A stretch of 63,308 bases of DNA, filler included, from Choristocarpus tenellus KU-1152 (lineage: Eukaryota > Protista > Phaeophyceae), in the NCBI GenBank assembly GCA_964200185.2. It is 12 parts of 12 records of this genome, joined end to end, with 100 filler letters (N's around TTAATTAATTAA, not from the genome) between each part and the next. Parts side by side here need not be neighbours in the genome. Positions count along the whole stretch, not along the records: positions 38,589 to 41,743 come from CAXNAD020021909.1; positions 41,844 to 44,734 come from CAXNAD020023884.1; positions 44,835 to 50,276 come from CAXNAD020010762.1; positions 50,377 to 60,638 come from CAXNAD020003030.1; 8 more parts are not named here. One strand, 5' to 3'. Below, piece after piece: positions 38,675-51,082 of the stretch (position 1 is its first letter; the number at the start of each line of letters is the position of its first letter). The position numbers and the translations under genes were made by a program. The notes beneath the pieces were generated by a model that did no database searches, was not told the DNA's origin, and worked only from the letters and a program-made list of their open reading frames with translations.

Positions 38675-38880
38675 GGGTGCATTTGTTGCTTGGTTAGGGT
38701 TAGGGTATTTGCTGCTTAGGTTTAGGGTGAGGGTATTTGCTGCTTAGGGTTAGGGTGAGGGTATTTGCTGCTTGGGATTAGGGTTAGGGTATTTGCTGCT
38801 TGGGATTAGGGTGAGGATATTTGCAGCTTGGAATTAGGTTTAGGGTATTTGCTCTTTGGGGTTAGGGTTAGTGTATTTGC
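38675..38880 (+). repeat. 28-bp minisatellite (~7 units) containing telomere-like TTAGGG motifs
   Basis: Unit approximately GGGTATTTGCTGCTTAGGGTTAGGGTGA, repeated with variants. Confidence 0.85.
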
Positions 38881-39079
38881 CTCTTTTTACTTTGTGAGGA
38901 GAACATTGCCCCAGCAACGGAGGCAACCAGACCATGAGGGTCTAGCCGGCACCCTCTCCCCCTCCCTTCACTTCTATACTCTACTCTAATCTAATCTTCT
39001 ACAACCATGCCTTTCCCAAACCCCTCCCCATCCCACACCGTCTGAATGGGAATGTCGTACTCGTCCCGATGTTTTTCAG

Positions 39080-40995
39080 ATGTACCGTGACCGTCCCGAG
39101 GTATTCCAGCCCACTGCCCGCCTGGTACAGCATCTTGTTGAGGCATACAAGCCATTAAAGGTGAGGGATAGGGATAGAGTTAGGGTTAGGATTATGTGGG
39201 TGTGGTTGTAGTGGTTGTTGAGGTTGGTGGAATCAATTGTGGAGGCAGGTGTTGGAAAAAGTGATGTGTAGTTAGTACATAGGGATGAATGTTAGGAACC
39301 AATGGTTTATATACAAATATATAGCCTGGTGGGCTGCTGAGTAATTTCGGTTTTTCCGTTTTTGGTTCTGAAGCTATGGATTGAACCCCAAAAAAGTACA
39401 AAAGTAACTGTGTACAGCGTTGAGTCTTTTTTTTTTTCCTTGTTTATAAACTACCGCCTATTAACCTGAAACCCTAACCCTATTTTGTGAAAGGTGGTAG
39501 ATAGGTTGTGTGTTTTGTTTGCGGCTGTTTTTGAATGTCACAATAATAATACAATGTAATACATTAATATATTGATAATAGAGTGGGTTGAGAAATGCAA
39601 TATTGTTAATATTATTATTGCTGTGAGGGGGAAGGGGATGACGAAGGGGAATGGCATACCCAGTTGAATACTATTGCGTTGGTGAAGCAGAATCAACTTG
39701 CTTGTGGTTTTGGAAAGTGGCATTTAGGTCTACTTCAAGTGTAGAAGTTAGTTCTATTGTCAAGAGTTTGTTTTATGGTGGATTTGGTGATTGATGCAGG
39801 TTTGGTTGAGATTGTGGGGGCAAACCCTTCTATCCTTTGAGATTGTGTGTGTGTCTGAGTGAAACTATCTTAGAGGGTATGAATTTTTCCCTATTTGTCC
39901 ATTTGTGGAGCAAAATGTTTCGGAGTAGGTAAAATGTATACGTTATGAAAGGGGTGTCCGAAACATAGATATTGACAGTTAACCCTAACCCTAACAAACA
40001 CGATAGCCAAAATTACATCAAAATCACAACATTGGATTTTGACCCCCAAATGGACGCAGCTCTACCCTCTAAGATACTTTGGCTCTGTGTGTGTGTGTAT
40101 GTGTGTGTGTGTGCCTGTATGTGTGTTGATGCCTGCTGCATGTAATAAGGGGTTTGATTGGTTGAATTAGTATCTACGAAATATTGTGTCTCAGAAGTGA
40201 CCACTACTATTCTACTGTTAATAGTAATAGTAGGTTTATATCAGTCTGATATTTTTGTACTATTTTATAGTATGTTTCAGGTTAGGGTTGACAATAGCCC
40301 TAGCCCTAACAGAAAAAACTCCACAAAAAAATCGTCATGATGACAACAACAGTACTAATAATAATAATATGGGGCTTTGAAGTAATAGTTCAAAATACGC
40401 AACTTGAAGGTCTACTCTTTTGTTGTGGTGATATCTGGACTGAGTATAGGAAGTGCTCAGTACTCCAGTCTTTTTTCAAATATCCAAAGTTCCCTTGTAT
40501 TTCCAGGCACATACGCAGCAAAAATTAAAGCAGTGATGGTGGTGGCATTTTTTAGACTAGTGCCTTCCCCCATACCTCGTCCCTTCCTACCATCACTCTT
40601 GGCCATCCCTTGACTTTGTGCTCTTCACAAGTATGCAAAGGTTCCATTTGATGCATCACAGGCGTACAGGATAAGTCACTACTATCTTAACAAAGGATGG
40701 TGAACTGTGCTCTCTTACACATTGCCTTTGGTTTTGTCACTCTTCATGTCTGCCTGCCTGCCTGTCTGCCTGCCTGCTGGATGGCCTGCCCTTCCCCATT
40801 GCACTACAGGTGGCCTTGAATGTTCCCCAATACCTGCAGCGTTTAGAAGGTGTATCAGATCTCCTCCATAGGAAGACGACAGCTGAGGCAAAGTCAGCGG
40901 CTTCTAGAGGGGGGGTGGGAGGGCCCGGATATGTGGGAAAGTCGGCCCGGTCACTCAGAGTGGCACGCGCATTACTCAAGGAACTTGCATGTTAG
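39080..40995 (+). CDS. Probable ASPM/abnormal spindle C-terminal exons (39080-39160, 40810-40995)
   Basis: Phase-0 exons MYRDRPEVFQPTARLVQHLVEAYKPLK|VALNVPQYLQRLEGVSDLLHRKTTAEAK...* resemble the ASPM C-terminus (Q.YRDK..IF; RL..I..LL.RK...E). Confidence 0.5.
39857..40085. mobile_element. MITE family A copy with an internal deletion
   Basis: Both TIRs present; carries an internal AACCCTAACCCTAAC tract. Confidence 0.85.
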
Positions 40996-41843
40996 AGGGA
41001 GTGGGATGGAGTGGGGGGGGGGGGAGGGGAAGGGCCATGGACACTTGTTTGCACTTAGGACCACCAGTTCAAGTGATGATGTCGCTAGTGAAGATGGGGT
41101 TAATGTATGATGGATGATGGGATTACACTTCGTGGTAGGTTTGTGGTTAACATGCAGTTGAGTATCCACTACTGTACTGCACCCGTTGAACAAAGGTTTC
41201 TAAATGGGTTTGTTGGTGGAGATCTTTGTTTGTGGTATTGTATTGTGTGAAAGTATCATTGTCTGTGTGTGTGACTGTATGTATATATATTTATGTGGGT
41301 TGGGGGTATTGTTTTTGGCCTCTCTTGTAAGGTTGTACGAAGGGTATGAGAAGCATATGTACGGGAAGATGACTAACCCTAACCTTATGAAAGTCCCGGG
41401 GGGAGGGGATAATATTGTGTGGAATTCTCGTTTCTTAATGGGTTTCAAGTATCTTGCTAGTACAGTGTATGATGATGAAGCACTGCTGTTGTAACTGTAA
41501 CTATAGATACCTCAAATAAGAAGTCGACTGTGTGCTGCAACACTAAAGGGCGTTGCGAACAAGGGTTATGGCTACTAATAAAAATAACAATGATCGGAAT
41601 CATCATCATCAGCAGGACAGAACTATCGTCACCCATGGTTATGTATTATTGACATAGAGTACAAAGGGCTTTGATATAGGGGAGGGGGGGGAGCGACAAT
41701 GAGAACTATTTTGGCGGGATGGTCGTGAGGGCGGAGGTATCCCNNNNNNNNNNNNNNNNNNNNNNNNNNNNNNNNNNNNNNNNNNNNTTAATTAATTAAN
41801 NNNNNNNNNNNNNNNNNNNNNNNNNNNNNNNNNNNNNNNNNNN

Positions 41844-42610
41844 CCGCCCAGATTCGGCTCACAGCTTTGATGGAAAAGGCATGTGTGTGCGCCAAAACAG
41901 GACATAGGACAAGCAAGAACCATAAAAAGGGGGATGTGTATGAGCAGGACTGTACTTTAGACCATTTGTGGTACAGGAAGTGGCACACAGAGGAGTTACT
42001 GCCTGCAATCAAGACCAAGATGCCTTGGTTGCAGGGGAGGCATGTTGTCGTTGAGCAAGATGATGCCACCCCCCACACAGGGAAGGGCAACTCAGAAATC
42101 TTGTCAGGGGCAGGGAAGACTGAGGGGTGGTCGATTAGTCTCGTGACGCAGTCATCTAACTCTCCCGACCTTAATGTCATTGACCTGTGCTTCTTCAGGT
42201 CTTTGAAGTGCCAGGTGATGGGGGAGTGGTTTGGGTCCATCGAGGAGATGGTGAAGGTCAATAAGAAATAGTATGAGGAGTATGATGAAACCACACTTGA
42301 GAGGGCTTGGCAGCTCCCTTTTGTGGTGTACAATCAAGTACTTTGATACAAAGGGGGGGATGACTTCAGTGCGGAGCACACAGGGGTAAGGAAGAGGCAG
42401 TTGTCTGGTGAGCTTGAAAACACGCCGAAGGTAGACATGAAGGCTTTTTCTGTGGTTGATAAAATTGTGATGGATGGGGAGTAATAATAATAAAAAAGAT
42501 ATGACCCTAACCAGAGACTCGTCAAGGATTCCAAATTTTGTTACAGAAATGAATTTCATTATCTTCAAAAGCTATGGACAATGCGGAGCAGACTTATGGC
42601 ACGGAGGTAG
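41844..42610 (+). mobile_element. Second copy (3' half) of the same mariner element
   Basis: Highly similar to 10720-11500; cleaner right TIR CTTATGGCACGGAGGTAG|TA; truncated by the contig edge. Confidence 0.9.
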
Positions 42611-42665
42611 TACGACGATTTGGGTTGTACCACCCACCTCCACTAATACAAGCCTTCCTTAAACT

Positions 42666-42923
42666 GAGTAAAAGATATTAGAGGGTATGAGTTTTGCCCT
42701 GTTTGTCCATTTGGGACTTGGCTTCCCATACGTTCTTTTATGACATTTTCCTGCTCCAAAATGTTGAGGAGTAGGTGAAGTGTATATGTTATGAAAAGGT
42801 GTGTCGGAACATGGATATTGACACTTCCTTAACAAACAAGGATAGCCGAAATTAGATCAAAATCGGAATGTTGGAATTTGACCTCAAATGGATGCGGCTC
42901 TACTCTCGAAGATACTTCGGCTC
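42666..42923. mobile_element. MITE family A copy, TSD ACT
   Basis: ACT|GAGTAAAAGATATTAGAGGGTA...GATACTTCGGCTC|ACT. Confidence 0.88.
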
Positions 42924-42929
42924 ACTCCC

Positions 42930-44734
42930 TACCTAACTTGATCTCTCTGTTTCCCTCTCTCACCCCTACAATTTGTTCTCTCTCTCACCCTTCCCCTGAG
43001 CTATCCTTCTCAACCAACCCCCCTTCTGGGTGTAGCCCCGACAGGCTCATCGGCCGCCAAAGAAAGAATCTCCCTGGGTGTACAACATACGACATGTGAA
43101 ACAATTTTCCCAGCAACACCCACACATCTCGTACTCTGACTAATGACCTCGATTTAGGCGACCCTTCTAGCAATCGTTTCCCCGCAACTTTCCATCTGGT
43201 AAAGCAATCATCATTTTTTCCGTGTCTATCCTCCATCCCACTACAACCTGCGTGGTATGCCACCCCGTCTGCTTTTTTAGCTGACAGGATAGTGGGTTCC
43301 TTTACCTTTCTGTGCCCTAACAATCTTATGTGGTCCGACAATAGAGAGTTTGTTGCCAACTTCAATCTCCTCCCATCCTCAAACCATTGGGCCTCTACTA
43401 GAATACCGTCATCTACATACATCCTGGCAAAAATGTGTCCTCTACTCCCCCCCCTACCACTTTGGGAACCTTCCTTGTCTCATCTAACTCACACACATTC
43501 CTCCTCTCCCTCTGTTGCGAGTGGCTTACCCCTGCAGCCATTTCTTCTGCTACCTTGAGTACGACTGCCGAATGGGGTTCTGTGTGGCAATGGGAAAATC
43601 CTAACGCACTTGCCATGAGGTCACACCACCCTGGGCTATTCTTCCAACCAAACTGAGGCCTGAAATCAATGACTATCACATCTTAACACAGTACCCAAAC
43701 CTTATTGCCCCCCTTGGTTCCACTGGGACTTGGCGAAAGGCATCCTTGACATCCATCTTACTTGTCATGATTCTCGCTCTGGGGAATTTCTTCCTCGGTC
43801 CTACAATCCTCCCAATCACGTCCTCCAATACTGTTCCACAATGTAGAGGGGGGGCATCTTTTAAATCCGTTTGTTCATTCACACTCAGACCCCACCCCTT
43901 TTGCTGACACGACAAATCATGAATAACCCTCACCTTCGTTGGTTCTTGGTTGACACCAACTGGGGGCATCTGTAAACCTTGAATCTTTGTCCATGCCTTT
44001 TTTGGGAACACCAATGCTCTACCCTGAAGCACATCCCCTATAATCTTTCTAAGAGGGCTTTACTATGACTCCTCACGCTCGTATGGTTGCCATGATCCAA
44101 CCTCTTGGCAACACTCCCTTCCCCTTTCACATCTACCCGTACCCCTGATTAAACCACCTGCTGGAGTCTCTCTATCTGGGGGAATCCCACCTTCTTCCCA
44201 AAGTGCCTATCAATCTCTTCCTAGTTCAAATGTTTAGGGCTCATCTCTCACCGAGCCTATCTAAACACTTTACCCAAATCACCCCCGCACTTGTCAAGCA
44301 AAACCTTCCCCTTTCTAGCTATATCATTCCACTCTGTCACTGCCAACTTAAGTTCTTTCTCTCTTTTCATCCTTTCCCATATCTCAAACCACTCATCAAC
44401 TCCATTCCTTTTTCCTCCCCCACCCTCTCTACCTTTGATTGACCGATGCGAAGACCCTGGCCTTGGAATCCCTGTCGTCCATTGCGCATGTTGTGGTAGT
44501 ACTGAACTCCGTTGGTTCTGTGTCGTCGGCCCATCCTCCCCAGGGATGAGCCGGCACCCTCAGGGGTCCTTCTTGGTAGAGTCAGGCTGAGCCTTGTCTC
44601 CCTTCCCCGTAGCTCCCTCCCCATCTAGGAAATGATCAAACGTTTTTAGAGCCCATATTTTTTGAGGAAATCACAATCCTTCCCCGCCTGAAAAGCGTAA
44701 CACAGGTTATAGGGCCTCCCCTTTCCGTTTGATG
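42930..44734 (-). mobile_element. Degenerate DIRS/Ngaro-like (tyrosine-recombinase) retrotransposon, RT region
   Basis: Frameshifted motifs KVRVIHDLS, KMDVKDAFRQVPV, RPQFGWKNSPGW, MYVDDGILVE, LLGKLFHMSYVVHPGRFFLWR. Confidence 0.8.
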
Positions 44735-47700
44735 NNNNNNNNNNNNNNNNNNNNNNNNNNNNNNNNNNNNNNNNNNNNTTAATTAATTAANNNNNNNNNN
44801 NNNNNNNNNNNNNNNNNNNNNNNNNNNNNNNNNNCTTTTCCTGATTTTGGTCCAAATGGACACCTTGGTGTAGACCCCCCCCCCCCTCCCAGATACTTTG
44901 GGTCAATGCCACAATCTCACATACACAAAACAGGGTACACCTTACGATTGTCTTATTTTACACACTCCCCCACGAGAGTGTAGGGAATGAAGGGTTGCTG
45001 GAACACTCGAACCAATATATATATATATATATATATCCATAGTCAGAACGTAATTAATCTTCAACCTTATCAACACTACCTTGTCTGAATGGTCCCAAAT
45101 GCTTTCGGTTACATATTACCGTAATTTATATAATTTATATCGTATTCTGTACACTTCTCCATGAAGCCTATGGTGTGCTCATCTGACTAAAACGTCACTT
45201 GGGCTGAGGTCACCAACTTTGGCCTCGTGAGGAAGCCTGATGTACCAAGACAACCATGTACAATCGTGTCCCATGATGATCCTTCGCTTGGTCTGGAAGT
45301 GAACCAGCTCCCCTCTGTTGTTTCTCTTGGTGGACGTAGCACTCGTTCCCCCAGGCCCAAAGCCTATCATAGTTAAAGGTTTGCCGGCCAGACACTCAAG
45401 CGGTGTTTCATTCTTCCATTGATTAGGAGTAGATACCCTGTGACTCTCCGTCTCGATACAGGATCGTTGGCCCATTCCGAGTCCCCATACCCTATGTTGA
45501 GCCCTTGTTGTCTCTCTCTCCTTCAGTCGAGGAGTTAAAGTAAACGAGAGGTATCCAGGATGCCAGCAAATATGCGCAATGTTCGGCTTTTTGAAAAAAT
45601 GCGTACAGGATATTTTCCGTGTTGTTGGGTCGAAGAGTCTCAAATAATAGACAAATCAACCCTCTCAACTCAAACTTAGCACTTCATTCACAGAAATATG
45701 GGTGAACTGGAAAAGATTGTGAAGCTGGTGTATAATGTAAAAAGATAGAAAACACTGGGTACCTCTTGTTTACTTTGTCTCTTCAGGGGTTTGTATGTTC
45801 GTTTTGATTGTGTGTTTCCAATACGGATGAGAACAAAAATCAGGATGTTCTTCGAGGATGAGTCCACATTATCGGCAACATTTCATGGACTTAAAAGATA
45901 TACAAGCACAGATTGTGGTCTCCTTCGAAGTAGTGGAAATGATGCCAAGAGCAACATTTTGAATCTTCCACCTGGGAGTGTGTGCAATGGTTATTATTCA
46001 CCAGGCAAGTGTTAATTCTTGCACTTTCAAAACTATCAATATTGTCATACAGTACGCATTCAAACTATACACAATTTCCCAGTATCCACGCTTGTGGCAA
46101 ACAGAACGATTAACGCCTCCCCTTTTCCGCATACACCTTAATCCCAGATGTTAGTATCTCCAACCTTCGAATACCTACTATTAATAACTATTGTTGTGTG
46201 CATCGTTTGGATTAACAATATGGCAACCCTCGCCACCGAATTGTACCACATGAAAGTTAAGGTGCAGAGTATTCATCTTTCAGCCACGCATTCCCTGTTT
46301 GGAAAACATTACAAATAGATGTCTCGCCAATCAACACCCCTAGTAATTCTTGCAATCCGTTTCTGCATGTGTCCCCGGGGCCGTCATATTTAATAATTAA
46401 TGGGAATCCTACAGCGTCATCCTTTACCCCCAGATCTGCCAATACTCTCAAGAGTTCCTTATCTGAGAGTAGCGTGGGGCTTAGAACATCTGTTTTTCGA
46501 TCCTAGTCCCAACCCTGATGAAAAAAAGGGAAGTAATTAAAAAATAGGGTGCAATCACATGACCTGAACGAGCCTTACGCTCTGCCCATATATTCATCAA
46601 TCTACACCACCCCATATATCTAAGTCTTGACCTGAGAGCCTCGCAATAGGGACAGGGGTCTGGGAATGTTGTTGTCTCTCTTGTATGGGGCTGGAACTGG
46701 ACCTTGACTGGAACTTTCAGATAAGCATGAATCATAATCCTGAGGACATGCCCACAATATCCTGTGTTTGTTAGTTCGTACATGGTTTGGGTAGAGATGA
46801 TGATCAAGGGACAACGTAAAATAGGTCGGCAAAGATTGCAGGGAGGGGAAGCAGCAGTTGGGACATGTTCACTCCGTCACTGTCTGTAAACACATACTTG
46901 ATATATTTATATTGAAACTTGGAATGTGAAGAGTCATACAAACAAGATTTACAGACTCGACTCCATTCAGGAAAATACCCAAGCTTCACGACTGAGGAGT
47001 CTCCATCACTCCGTCTTCATATGTCGAAAAGTATCGTGAGACAGGAAACATGAATATACGCTACAGGTTATTCTTGAACTCATACTTTCGATCAAACTCA
47101 ACAATTTCTTGATGCCATTTCGTGTATATCACAACGTGCTTTGTTGACTCTCCTCTTCTTGTTTCTACCATCATTTCAGTTGGTATATCCAGCTTGTACT
47201 TACCTATACATCGTTTGCTGAAGAAGGATCTCTTCCACTGGTGCGTTTAATAATGCCCCCCTTGCACATGAATTACTGGGGCGAGAGCCTCCCGACTGAC
47301 CTTCGAACTTTTGATATATTTCTCGCCGATTTTGGACCAAAATTCAGTTCCAGATGGCAAGTCCTGTTCGTAGATAGTGCTGCTGATACACTATAGACAC
47401 CATCGGTGGAGTAGATTAGGAAATGCAGACACCNNNNNNNNNNTTGGTCTCTACTCCGATGACTGAACGAGTGGGTGAGACTCTAGCCTTAACTACCATG
47501 TTATTATTCTACAGTGTGGGGTTTGTAATCGTCCACACTAACTTACTATGAATTACTTATTTACTTATCTTAAGTCCCATATATGATATATCAACTGATG
47601 ATCAAGTATCAGGTCCAGTGTGGGATAGTTCAACAAGTCCAACCTGTAGTTACCAGCCCATCCTGTGCTGAAGAGGGAACTCTTGTACAGGTAATTAATG

Positions 47701-50700
47701 CCGCCCAACCTCGCAGTACCAAGAGCAACTGGTGCGAGAGATGTCTGGCTAGACTTTTAGTGAAAACTCTCATGATGATCAGTCTCCAGAAATGTACTGT
47801 TTAGTGGGACAGCATGTGCACTCCCATAGATAGAAGGTTGCGACTCTGTTGGCGTCAAAGAAAAATGTGTTCGAAGTGGACTGTTCTGAACCTCAGAACC
47901 GAGAACCCCACACAAAGTTGGAATAGGTCTTCGTTCCCTCCTCTAAAAATATATCAATCCAGACCATCGATGACGACTCTAACAAAAAAGTTGATAATGA
48001 GTTGTATTGTCATACATGAGTTCGAGTATTATATTGTATGTTCCTTCTTTTTAAGAAAATCTGTCAATTGTTTTTTCTTTCTTTTCAGCAATTCTCCATC
48101 ATGCTTCAAGCTATTTGTGTGGTAGTGATGATCCATAATCAACCAATCAATCCCGAACAAAACATTCCTGTTGGCTCAGACTTTCAGATTCCCCCATAGT
48201 TACGCCAATACATAATGTCCATTATGTATTCGTTAACATCACATGGTTCAGTTGTAACTGTGATGTCTTGTTGCGTTTCGTGGACAGTTGAATTCGAAAA
48301 AAGTTGTCCCATGATATTGTCTCCAGTCATCAACCTTGTCGCTCTCAATCCCATTTTAGGATTTGGGATCAACACAATCCACCATGACGGGTAAGTTTAC
48401 CTCTCGTGGGATTGATTCAGGTGGGGGCGCCAACTCTGGGCATACCCCCAGGGAATCCCCGAAGCCTTCGAAAGAGCTGAGCTGTGTGCGCAGTGAAGAA
48501 GAGCTCCATGCCCTTTTCCTGGTAAGCATTTAGAAGCCAGAGACGGGTAGATATGCGTCGAACCCTCGGCTATAACATCATTTCTCCTTTGAAATATCAC
48601 CATCATTGGTTCCCCTCCTGCTCCAAACGGCAGGCTCGGCAGAAGGAGGTAGCTCTAACGTCATCCAACGATGCGGCGACTGATCTGGACGAGCTTCGAA
48701 TGACGAGCCCACGAAGTGCCTATAGGAGGAACAAAGCTCGGAGGGAGCAATTGTACCTTCAACTTGTGGTGCATCTTGATGGCAAGCAGATGGCCAGCAT
48801 TAAGGTGCGTCCCAACGATCCGACCAAGTTTCGCAACTCCACCATTGACATCACCCCATCGTCTGAATGTGCGGCGATATGGAAAGGAAAGATAGGTGTG
48901 GCGGTGCAGTGCACTGGTAAGAAGATCTAAAAGTAGTCACTAATCACTCCACATATGCTTGGTCTCGAGGCGAACAATGCCCCCCTGCACCCTTTCCTAT
49001 ATATTCAGTATCAGTAGTGAGACATATTTTCAATGCATGTGTGCTACGACTTAGTATACTACATATGTGAGGAAGAGGTAACTTTGTGTTTTGCATTGAA
49101 TTATTTTATTGTCAACTAAGCTTTTAAGAATAAAATTTTTGACATCAGTCTACAGCTCTCACCGTAGGGATACTTTTGTGACAGAAGAACACGACTCAAA
49201 CTGTGGTGCTATTCGCACGCATTCATTGATCGTGAGTACTGTTCTCTACGTCCTCTGATGACACCTGAACCAAGTCATACCACAGAGTTGCCCTGTCATG
49301 ATTCTAAAGGTGTCAAACATGAGGACTACGGTATCACGAGGAACAGTTAGGACTCATACGACGACGTGGGCAAACTTGTCCCACTCTGCTACTCCTCTCC
49401 ATACAGCAAACGTAATGTACTCCGGAGTACCTCAATCCTACACAGGCAGAGTTCCATGCCCACAACGATGAAGTGGACCTTGAAGATTTCTGCGCCATAC
49501 TGGAGAGTCACCAACCAGGGCATTTGGAACTACTGACGGCAGAATATGAAGGAGAGGATCTCACGGCAAACAGCAGCCTGGGGGAGAGATTTGGAGGCGT
49601 GGAACCAGGCTCTGAGCAGGATACTACTGTACTCGACCATAAACATAGTCAGACAAGGATCTGCCGTAAAGAGGTGGTCTCAAACCTGGTGGAGCTTTTT
49701 AAGGAGGTGAGAAACATGGGGCAACCATCACAGATGGACCTGGGTCAGGCGTACTTCGAGCGCTCAGTATCCCCAGATCTCAAGTATTATGGGAGTTAGT
49801 TTACTCTTAGAGGGCATGTTGATACCCACATGGTAGAAAATACACAGAAGAAAAAAAATCAAGAGTCCGCTCTCTAGCAATGCCTAAAATCTCGCAGGGA
49901 TTGTCGCTTTCAACTGGTGTGAGTTGTCGTCAACCTAGTATATCCTGTCCAAACGAACAAGTTCTCAGTTCTCAGTTCTCAGTCCTCAGTCCTCAGTATT
50001 TCTTGAAATTTTTTGGATTCCCCCCCCAGGATTGCCTCCTTCAGGCGGGTGTTCCCCGTCGTTCCCTTCAATACGAACCGAAGTATGACCATGCAGTGTG
50101 TAGCTTGTGCGCTTGATGTGCCCCAAGGCAAGAGCGCCGCCCACTTCCCATGCCACCTAGGAGTCGTCGATGCACAGGAGTGAGACCCAAAGTATCTGCG
50201 AGGGGGGGGGGGGGGGCCTACCCCGGGGGGGGCCCCTTTGACCCAAAACCAGGAAAGGGGCTTTTTTTTAAATTATNNNNNNNNNNNNNNNNNNNNNNNN
50301 NNNNNNNNNNNNNNNNNNNNTTAATTAATTAANNNNNNNNNNNNNNNNNNNNNNNNNNNNNNNNNNNNNNNNNNNNCCAAATGGACAGCCGCCACCCCCT
50401 CCCAGATATTTTGAGCCATCAACTGACATGAGCTGCCGGTTAGACAATCTATTGTACTATCCTGATAATTTGACCTTTTGGTGGGGGTCATTTATGGCAT
50501 TTTCTGCGATAGTTGAGTGTAGACTTGAACTTTTACTCCGCATCTTTTATTGGGTAAAATTCCATTGCCAAACCCAGGGGGTGTCGTGACCATGGGATGT
50601 ATCAACTAGGCATGGACCATGGGTGGGGCAATGAAGACTGGTGTCCCGTCTATTTCACCGTTTGTATATGGGATAGTGGAGGTATGCTCTTGTGATAAGA

Positions 50701-50821
50701 CGTTGTACTGCAACCCATATCTTTTCTTCAATTTGATTTGAACGCCAACCCAAGGAGGTGCTACGCGGCTTGGGTGTGTGCGTGAAGCAGCTGGGATTCA
50801 TAATTGAGGCAGTTGGGTTCC

Positions 50822-51082
50822 GAATGAAAGTATCTTAGAGGGTATGAGTTTTGCCCTGTTTGTCCATTTGGGACTTGGCTTTCCATGGGTTTTATTGTGA
50901 CATTTTCCAACTCCAAAACGTTTAGGAGTAGGCAAAATGTATATACATTATGAAAAGTTGTGTCCAGAACATGGATATTGACACTCCCTAACAAACACGA
51001 TAGCCAAAATTACATCAAAATCGCAACATTGGATTTTGGACCCCAAATGGACGTGGTTCTACCCTCTGAGATACTTCGGCTC
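50822..51082. mobile_element. MITE family A copy
   Basis: Both TIRs present; flanks TTCC/TTTC. Confidence 0.88.

Noticed and set aside
24065-40995. LRRC9-like, KATNB1 and ASPM-like genes as a microtubule/cilium gene cluster
   Set aside because: Each lies on a different contig separated by artificial spacers, so linkage is unsupported.
49960-49997. AG(T/C)(T/C)CTC-type heptamer tandem and other short microsatellites
   Set aside because: Ordinary simple repeats.
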